From assembly GCA_044892525.1 (NCBI GenBank), contig CM097885.1, positions 27,902,001-27,966,000 of the forward strand: a DNA stretch of 64,000 bases, given 5' to 3'. Origin of the DNA: Schmidtea polychroa (Eukaryota). Every line of letters starts with the position of its first letter. Within the stretch, counting starts at the first letter, position 1. The notes under the pieces are model-generated. The model ran no database searches. It was given only the letters and a program-made list of their open reading frames with translations, and was not told where the DNA came from. The translations under genes and the position numbers were made by a program. Positions 55,258 through 64,000 of the stretch are shown here, one piece after another.

Positions 55258-56156
55258 CACCAAACCCCACTGAGATACGTTCTCTATAGTGGTGGTTTGC
55301 GTGTAGAGCGATTGCTCACTCACCAATTTACTGATGTTGATGATAAATTGTTGTTTAGCAAAGTTGTCAGTAATTTGTTTTACGTATGTTTTACATCATG
55401 AAATTTATTTTAGCCATTTTAGAAATGGTTTTCAGGTAAGATATTAAATTTAAAGTAAATTTTAAGACTTGAATTTTGATCCATATGGATATGAGATCAT
55501 TATTCAAGTTCTTAAATATTACTTTTAATCAACAATATAATTATAAATTATTTTTAATTAATTTTCAGGCATTTTTTAGGAATTTTATGTCTTTTATTAA
55601 AGTATTTTGGAATTATTTCGAAAAAATGTGAGTCCGATATATTTTTAATTATAATTAATTAAATAAATAAATCAATCAATGTATTTTTTTAAAACATTTT
55701 GGGAAAAATCGCTGATTAGAATAATTTTTTTAATTTTTGTAATTTTTTTTCTGAGCTCAATATGAGGGGATTCTTAAAGGAAATCAAATCTGGTGTAAAA
55801 AGATTTTGAACCAAATTCATCTGCTCTTGATATTTTCATTAAAAATATCATTTAAAAAATTTTCAACGATCTTTTTTTTCTAAAAATTGTCTAAAATAGA
55901 ATTATTATAGAAACGTATCTCATCGTTACAATTTTACGAATCAAAAGTTTGTATGTGTTTTTTATTATGGTTTGTGCTTGTGTGCATATTTTAATTTTCC
56001 TTCCACTTTTCAGATTTCTATAATATAAGATGTATCTCATTAAGCTATAAATGAGAACATCAACGTGAAATCAAAGTAAGTATGTATGTTTCTATAATGT
56101 AAGATTATTGATTTTTTTGTTATATTATAGGAAATGCATCTCAGTGGTGTTTGGTG
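55258..56156. mobile_element. TA-flanked MITE, copy 2 (near-identical to copy 1)
   Basis: Same TIRs and interior; starts 49 bp after copy 1 ends. Confidence 0.8.
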
Positions 56157-58135
56157 TATTGATGTTATCGTTCGTTGTTTAATGCATTTTGATTAATTCA
56201 AATTCTCAATTCTAATATTCAATTTGTTTTTAAACTTTTGTCAAGTTTGGTATTATGGACTCCAATCAACCGAATTCATCAGAGAATCACTCGACAATCG
56301 GATCTTTTAACGGCACATTTAGATCTACCGATTACACTCCTATGTTGAAACAGGAATTCATAAATCGAGATGGAAATTATATATTTCATGATTCCAGGAA
56401 AAATACAATCCTTTAAAAAAATCTTCTACTATTTGCAATGTATATTCATGTGTATTTTGCCCTTTTACACTTTGCTGCTCACTCTATAGATGCGTGATCT
56501 TCCTTAAGTTATGCAGGTAATCGAATCGGCGATAACAGAAGCTGTGCAAAAAGAAATTCATGCAGTTCAAAGTTAGCCTTTTCAGTGATCGTAATAGGAT
56601 TTCCTTTATTAATTGGAATATGTAACATAATGGAATTTTGTGGTTAGCGTAGATATATATTTGCAATTGACTTTATGAACGCTTTGGAAGCTCATTCTCA
56701 GGTTTAACGGTAAATAAATAAAAGTCTAGTGATTTTTGTATTAATAAATTTTTGTTACAGTTAATAACTGGTGCGTACAAATTTCTTAATGCAATTGCGT
56801 TTATCATCAAATCATTACAGCGGTAGTTCCAGTTAACCGATGGGTTTAATTTTTGAGCATTACTGATATTTTCACATTTTATTTTAATACCAATAATTTG
56901 TGGGTGTACACTTGAAGTAACCAAAATTAATGAGATTGTAAGTTATTGAATTAGATTTCTATGAGTTCATTTTTATGGTTTATTTTTAGCTTTTATACTT
57001 ATAAATTTACGAGTATTACATGTAGAAATAGTAGGTCCATTAATAACCATTTAGGTTCTAGGTTTAAGTTTACAAGTAGTAACTAAATAAATAATGCATT
57101 CATCGTAAGGAGTATATATATAAATAATACGTTTATTAATAATGATAGCCGATTTATAGGTTTATAAGTAGTATATATAAGTGATATTAATACGAATATT
57201 GGTATATGGAATTTTATGGGGCTTAATTTATAAAATCAATGTTATGAGCAATATATATATATATATATATATACAGATATATCAGTAGTCTATCTGGGAG
57301 TAAAGTTGGATAGATATATAATTTGAAGGGGGTCATTTAGGAAATTTGCACTCTATAGTTGTAACTATGATATAAATGGAGTATATATTAAGCTAATCTA
57401 GTATACTTGGTTAATGGCTAATGACTATGATTTTAAGGGGGTTCATTCATAAAAATTTACAATTTAACATTTTTTAAATATAGCATAAGATAAATATATA
57501 TTAAAATAGGCTAACTTAGAATATTTAGGTTGTAGTTGATGACTATATGATTTATGGGGGGAAGGTTTATAGAATATTTACACCTTATTATGAGATTATA
57601 TTTTTTCCGCTAAAGTAGTTTAGATTTTTACTGTTATGACCAAATTAAGCTTATAATTTATACTCTTACAGCTAATACAAGTTTATAATTTAAAATTTTA
57701 TGAAATTAAATTTATAGTTTATAATTTTAAAACTAATATAATTTTATAATTTATATTTTTATGAAGTTAAGTTAAATTTATAGTTCATATTTAAGGCTAA
57801 TATAATTTTATAATTTATATTTTTATGAAGTTAAGATTATAATTTATAGTCAATATAAATTTATATTTTTAGGAAGTTAAATTTATAATTTACACTTTTA
57901 TAACTAATTATAATTTATATCTTTATGCGATTAGGATTATAATTTATACTTTTATAATTAACTTAGATTTATAATTTTTAGTCAATATAAATTTGTAATT
58001 TATATACTTTTTTACAAATTTAAATTTATAATTTGTACCTTTATAGTTATGGAAAGTTGTTTGTTTTAATAATATTGGATTTAGCTTTTTCTGGAAAATA
58101 TATTTTAATTGCATTATTATTGATTTATTGATTTT

Positions 58136-59383
58136 ATGAATTTAGAAGTTGAAGACATCATAACTGGCGACCACGCCAAGGAAATCAATGCGATAGGAAA
58201 AAAGAAAGGAACTAAGAATATGTTAGATTCCTTGTCAAAACAAGCACGTGAGATGCTAAATTTTAATGTAAGAAAGTTTGACGGAAAAGTTGGATCTGAA
58301 GCCGAACTTTGGCTAAAGGATATTATGGAATGGCTGAGAATAGAAGGTCAAAGTCTAGTAGACGCATTGGATCTTTTGTTGGCAAATGCGGCATCGATGT
58401 TATGGGAAGCGGCGAAAATAGCGAAGGTGACCGATGAAATGGCAAAAGAGTGGTTTATAGAAACTTTTACAGTAAGGAAAACCATTACTAACAAGATTGC
58501 GGAACTAGCTCAAATTCAGCAAGAGAGAGATGAAAGATTCCAAGTCTTCGAAATACGAGTAAGAAGTTTAGTTAAAAGTGTATTTAGCTCTGGAATGTCT
58601 GATGAACAGATTGTTCGAGACATTATTTCAAACAGAGTGAAAGACGATAGAGTAAAAGAAATATTCTTATCAGGGAAAGTGACAAGTTTTGAAGATGCCA
58701 GGGATATGGCAAAAATTCAGGAGAAGATCGAGATGACGAATGACAATAAATTCAATATTGATGCCATAAGAAGAGACTCTTACGCATCAGTGATGAAAAA
58801 TGGTAAATTCGAGGGTAGACGAAACCAAAGAACAATTGTGAAGACAACTGCACATCAACGCGACGAACAACGAGAGATTAATCATGAGAGGAATAGACCT
58901 GGTAATGGTCGGTTTGTACCAATTGTAAATGAAGACAAGAATGAAAATGAGCGGTATAGAGGACGATATGAGACAGGAGAACCAGAGAGAAGAATACCTA
59001 CAGTATCGCTTAAAGATATTGCAAGAAGGTTATTTAATGACAGCAAGGGAAGAGATTCGCGTCATCCAGTGAAACTGACACCAGGTCAGTGTTTTTGTTG
59101 TGGAGAAAAAGGGCACCGGCGTTTTGAATGTCCTATGAAAGACAAATGTCTAATCTGTGGAAAAGAAGGTCATGGATTCAGAGATTGTTTTTTGGTTAAA
59201 AATAGAAATGGATATCAGAAGAGAGTGGCATGTATTTACGAAGAAGATCACGAAAGAAATAATGGTGATTTCACAGAAGATTTATACAGTAATTACGAAG
59301 AAACGATAAAAAAATCAATGGATAAACTAAAAAACAAGGACGATCCAATTGCTTTCATTTCGTCAGTGGGGTCGACACAATAA
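58136..59383 (+). CDS. gag: Gag with two CCHC zinc knuckles
   Basis: KFDG..AELWL, CFCCGEKGHRRFEC and CLICGKEGHGFRDC. The true start is probably downstream of the LTR. Confidence 0.88.
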   Translation: MNLEVEDIITGDHAKEINAIGKKKGTKNMLDSLSKQAREMLNFNVRKFDGKVGSEAELWLKDIMEWLRIEGQSLVDALDLLLANAASMLWEAAKIAKVTDEMAKEWFIETFTVRKTITNKIAELAQIQQERDERFQVFEIRVRSLVKSVFSSGMSDEQIVRDIISNRVKDDRVKEIFLSGKVTSFEDARDMAKIQEKIEMTNDNKFNIDAIRRDSYASVMKNGKFEGRRNQRTIVKTTAHQRDEQREINHERNRPGNGRFVPIVNEDKNENERYRGRYETGEPERRIPTVSLKDIARRLFNDSKGRDSRHPVKLTPGQCFCCGEKGHRRFECPMKDKCLICGKEGHGFRDCFLVKNRNGYQKRVACIYEEDHERNNGDFTEDLYSNYEETIKKSMDKLKNKDDPIAFISSVGSTQ

Positions 59384-60570
59384 TCAGTAGAAAGAAGCGA
59401 AATGAAGACATGATGCAGAAGATGTATGAGACGACAGACAGAAGAAAGTGGAGTAAGATTGTAATAAACATGACGGCGATTGACATGCTTTGGGACTCTG
59501 GAGCGTCAGTATCTGTTATGAGTGAAAAAAGTTGGACAAAGATCGGGAAACCGAGGTTGAAGCAGAGCACAATTTCTCTTTGTGGACTATTTTCGACGGG
59601 AATGGAAAGACCGTTAGGAGCAATGACGATAGAAGCTGATTGGAATGGGAAAAAAAGAATTATTAATGTTATAGTTGTCAAAGATATACGTCCAGATTTC
59701 ATTGGGGTGTAGATACAATGGAGAGATTTGGTATTCAACTGGTAGAGGTAGACAATATTGAAGCGTCACAAGTAGGGTTGACATATGTGGACTCAGAACG
59801 AGTAGAGAAAGCATTATTAATGCTTGGAGACAGGAAGAATGAACAGTTAGACATATTGCTACGGAAGTTCAAAGGTATTTTTATGGCTTCAACTTTTGAT
59901 CTCGGGTTTACGAAAGTTGTTCAACATGAAATGAATATAGTAGGTGGGCCTGTAATGTTACAGCCAAGAAGACAACCAATGCATTTAGAACAAAAGCTTG
60001 ACGAACTTGTCACGAACTTATTAGAAGCGAGAGTTATTAGAAAATGCAAAAGTGCATGGAACGCGCCACTAGTGATTGTGGCTAAGAAATATGGATCAAT
60101 AAGGATGTGTGTCGACTATAGAGGGTTGAATGCGATCACTGAAAAGATATATTTTCCAATGCCAGATACACGATTTCTACTGGATTGTCTGGCAGATTCA
60201 AAATATTTCACATTCATCGATCTAGGTCAAGCATATTATCAAGTTGGAATGGCGAAGGAAATTCAAGAGGTCACGGCTTTCAGTACAAGAAAGTACATTT
60301 GAGATACATAGATTGGTAAGAGAGAACAGTGAGAAAGCAGCTAAACGAATGAAAGAGATGGAAACAGAGAAGAGAACGAATCGATGTTTCACGGTGGGGG
60401 AGAAAGTATTAGTTCGGAAAGAACCACAAAATCGCGACAAAGATGGACTACAGTATGAAGGTCCTTTTGTCATATCAAAGTTTTTGTCAGAACACCAGGT
60501 GGAATTGAGTAACGGGACGACAAAGAAACTCAGACGAATTGAATGGCTTAAGAGATGGGCAGTTCCTTAA
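59329..60570 (+). pseudogene. pol: Truncated pol (protease, partial RT, integrase tail)
   Basis: The -1 frame is open from the slippery site to the protease. There is a 1-bp loss near 59705 and a large deletion near 60295 removing YxDD, RNase H and the integrase core. Confidence 0.85.
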
Positions 60571-63500
60571 AGAAGGGGAGAGTTATGGAAAGTTGTTTGT
60601 TTTAATAATATTGGATTTAGCGTTTTTTGGAAAATATATTTTAATTGCATTATTATTGATTTTATGAATTTAGAAGTTGAAGACATCATAACTTTTATAA
60701 CTACTTGTAATTTATATTCTTATGAAATTATGATCATAATCTATAATTTTGTAATTAACTCAGATTTATAACTTATAATTTTACAGTCAATATAAATTTG
60801 TAATTTATATTTTTCAAAAAATTAAATTTATAATTTATGCTTTTATAACCAATTATAATTTATATTTTTAAGAAAGTAAATCTATAAGTATAATTCATAT
60901 TTTTATGGAATTGAGATGATAATTTATACTTTTAGGGGTTTATGATTTGTATTTTTATAGTTAGTTTAGAGCCTATTTAAGATCCAAGTCTAGCCGATAC
61001 GCACGTTGAACACCTTTATGAATACTATCGCTGCTAAATCAATCATTAAAAGAAGGAATTTTTACTTTACACTATTACTAGAAATTTTACTTAGGACATT
61101 TTATCCATCTAGATTCGACGAACGTATAGGTAAAGTTGATTCTTGATGATATTCAGCCGACTACATAAGTTGTGAATTGTGATTAATTTGAGTCTGGAGC
61201 TTTACTCCGTTTACCATACCTAGGGTAATGTATCAATGTTGATTTTTAGTGTGTACGTTATGTGTATATTGTGCATGAGAAAAGTCGATTTACAGAAAAT
61301 TGCTTGCTTTCGTGGCCCCACTGTGCTCACTACGACAAGCTCTAATGTGAATGTACCCGGTAATATACTACCGTACTATAATATTGATAACGAGTTCCAA
61401 GAACTCCGCCGTCCCAGAGGTGATTTATCGACGAACCCAGTGGCCTATACCACTGGGTCGGTACGACCTCCGACGACCCCGAAATATAATATGAAGGTGC
61501 GTGCCAGGCAGTGGCCTGCATACATCAAGGCTGTGTGCACAGTGACGTTATAGTTGTTGATGAAAATTGGATGCAAGACGGATCAAAATCGACGGCCAGT
61601 TCGTTCGATGTTGATCCCTCTTGTATTATTTAAAAAGAAATGCATTTAACATATGATAATTATATTAATAATAATAAACGTAACGCAAATAATCTTCCTT
61701 ACTTTTATCAGGATCTCGAAAAATTTTCGTACAGAACAAATATTTTTGGCATAAAGATTACTTTTGTGACTAAAATGCGTTGGTATATATACCTATTTTT
61801 GTGCGTGCAAGTACACTTGTATGTATTGATGCATTAAAACAAATTCGAATTCTTTTTATTCTAGAATTTTCTATCTCTAATTTTGGTATTTTTTAATGAC
61901 AATTTTAGTGCCATAATTTTTATTTTTAAATTTTTATTTTCTAATTATTTTTTGTTAAATTTACCTCCATGATGGATTTGGAACGGTTCCAGAACATTCC
62001 ATATTAATTTTAAATTAATTTTTATTTTAATGATGTTTTCCTTATTTTCTTTTTCCCAAATTTTTATTTTAATAACTAATTTATTTATTTTGATGACTTT
62101 TATTGCTCTATGTGGCTTTTATGATGGTTATCGCCATTCCTATGAAATGTTCTGGGATTTTCTAGAATTTTTCAATGTTTTATCATCTTTCTAAGCTATT
62201 CGAGTCTGTTTTTTGTAATTTTGTGTTTCTTTGCTATTTTTTGAGTTAGTTTCTTGCACTACTTCTTGCATTGATATCATTTTATTTAATTTCTTTGTTT
62301 ATATTTTTGTTGTTTTTCCTCTTAATTAATATTGTTTATTTGGTGTATTTTTTTATATTTAACTGAACTTATTGCTATTTGCGTGCTAAATATCTACGTA
62401 CCTTAGTCAAAAATCAGAGTTTTGGGTCTAGAAATCAGTTCTAGTCCAACACTATCATCCTAGTCTCTATACGGCTAATGCAATTTCTCTCTAAGCGAGC
62501 CCAAACCCAAAAATTAGTATAAATAAAAATAATATGCAATCACACTTTATTGTTAAATCAGATTTTTTATAACTTTTATTTTTTCGAGTTTTAAGTAAAT
62601 TTTTGGAATGTGAGGCAATCCGTGACATAAAAATCCTTTATATTTTATATAACATGTTCCTGTTAGGGGTTACATTGCTGGTAAAAATATTTAGTCTTAA
62701 TATGGAATTCGAGTAGCATTATCACCATGATCATTCCCCCGTTTGACCTATACCTAAGCCGTTTTTCAAATTCAAATTTAATAGTTAATTGATACTTCTT
62801 TAATTTCGCATTCTTCGGCATTCCGTTTTCAATATAACCATTTTTTGATTGTTTCCAAGATTATTATTTTTTAAGATAAACTAATTTACCAAGCCCAAGA
62901 TCTCAATAAGAATTAAATTACCTTTTATTTATAATTTTTATAACTATGATTTATTTTTCAACATCACCTTTCAAAAAATGTAAATATAAATAACTAATTA
63001 TAATTACTTATCTCTCTCCTGAGGTCTACTTACTTATTAACTATAAATACGTATAATCCTATAATCTCATAAATTACAATGTTCAAAGCACCAAGCGTGC
63101 CTCTCCTTTAATTTCTAGATGCAACGGATCACATAGCAGCATCACATATGGAAACAACTCAACTTCAACTATCTGTAAATATCTTAACAATCAACATACC
63201 CGTCTAGCAATCAGAATCAAATGGCCGGATATCCACGTTTAAAATCAAAATTTCTTACCAATATACCTAATCTGCCCTACCGAATGGGTCTCTTCTTCAG
63301 ATACCACACAACCGGATGTCTATATCTGGAGTCTTTCGTTTTATTTTATTTCCTGATTGTTTGTATTGTATAAGCATGTGTATTTGTAGGGATATGTTGT
63401 GCCCGTTTAGTTGCATTTGACTTAATAAGGCATAAGTATCTGATACTTCTGTATATTATACTTTTTAACATTTCATACTACTCCTTCATACTACTCCTTA

Positions 63501-64000
63501 CCCTTCACAGTACTACTTACCTTTCATATTACTACTACATTTTACTCCTACTACTTCTTACCCCTCCTATCACTCCTTACCCCTCCTACTACTCCTTACC
63601 TTTCGTAATACTCCTTACCCATCCCATTACTCCATACTACTTGTTGTGGATTTTCCTTTCATCCACGCACTTTGTTACTTCATGTTTCTAGTAAGTAAGA
63701 AATACGGTACATCGCCTGTTTTAGTGTGCCCTAAAACTATTTTATACAGTAAATACACGGGATAGACGAAGCTACACAATATTTAGTGCAACTTTAACAC
63801 AATTAACCTGTCTGTTTCTTCATTTTCATTATATTTTTTCATACATTTAACATCTTACATTAAAATACTTTCTATCAAAACGGGGGCACCTCGCGACATC
63901 CCTGATTATCTATGTCCCATTTAAAAATAAGCAGTAATTTTATAAATTTAAATATTTTAAATATTTATATAAAATGTAAATATAAATAAATAATTATAAT

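Larger units (their letters stand above)
58045..60693 (+). mobile_element. Internally deleted Ty3/gypsy LTR retrotransposon nested in copy C
   Basis: Short LTRs AGTTA..TAACT (58045-58165, 60581-60693), 5-bp TSD TTTAT, PBS TGGCGACC, PPT AAAGAAGGGGAG. Encodes gag, protease DSGA, the RT N-half (WNAPLVIV..RMCVDYRGLN..FIDLGQAYYQ) joined directly to the integrase C-terminal GPF module. Confidence 0.93.
52280..62451. mobile_element. Giant solo-LTR-like element, copy C, with nested insertions
   Basis: Termini TGGTGGG...TCCAACA with 4-bp TSD CTAT (52276-52279 / 62452-62455). 61740-62451 is closely similar to A 28240-28930. Confidence 0.8.

Noticed and set aside
63470..63635. ACTACTCCTTACC imperfect repeats, possibly telomeric or coding
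   Set aside because: Not TTAGGG, no ORF support; treated as a low-complexity minisatellite.

Overview
A very AT-rich eukaryotic window with long (AAT)n/(AT)n tracts and short GT-AG introns. The composition resembles a planarian/flatworm genome (inference only). Host genes: the 3' half of a spliced SLC5A sodium:solute symporter (7002-14006, +), a two-exon BK-channel beta-subunit-like gene (22386-18479, -), a six-exon PDZ + calsarcin/synaptopodin-motif gene (31513-41100, +) with an intronless atypical kinase and a hAT element in its introns, and an 800-aa single-exon ankyrin-like ORF. Mobile DNA dominates the rest: a non-autonomous Polinton/Maverick-type element with a 6-bp TSD, hAT, Tigger and Tc1 remnants, MITEs, Penelope-type minimal hammerhead ribozymes, and a small deleted Ty3/gypsy element. 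The most notable feature is three diverged copies of a giant (~5.4 kb) LTR-like unit with TGGTGGG...CCAACA termini. Two copies have perfect 4-bp TSDs and so look like solo LTRs. Each unit carries two conserved, apparently spliced ORFs (an AT-hook/SUMO-motif protein and a coiled-coil/basic protein) plus conserved non-coding blocks. One copy abuts a decayed ORF in which a Bcl-2-like domain is fused through a signal-like hydrophobic segment to a chuvirus/BEL-type envelope glycoprotein. Together these suggest a giant enveloped retroelement with LTR-encoded accessory genes and an apoptosis modulator. All assignments come from manual motif reading; no searches were run.
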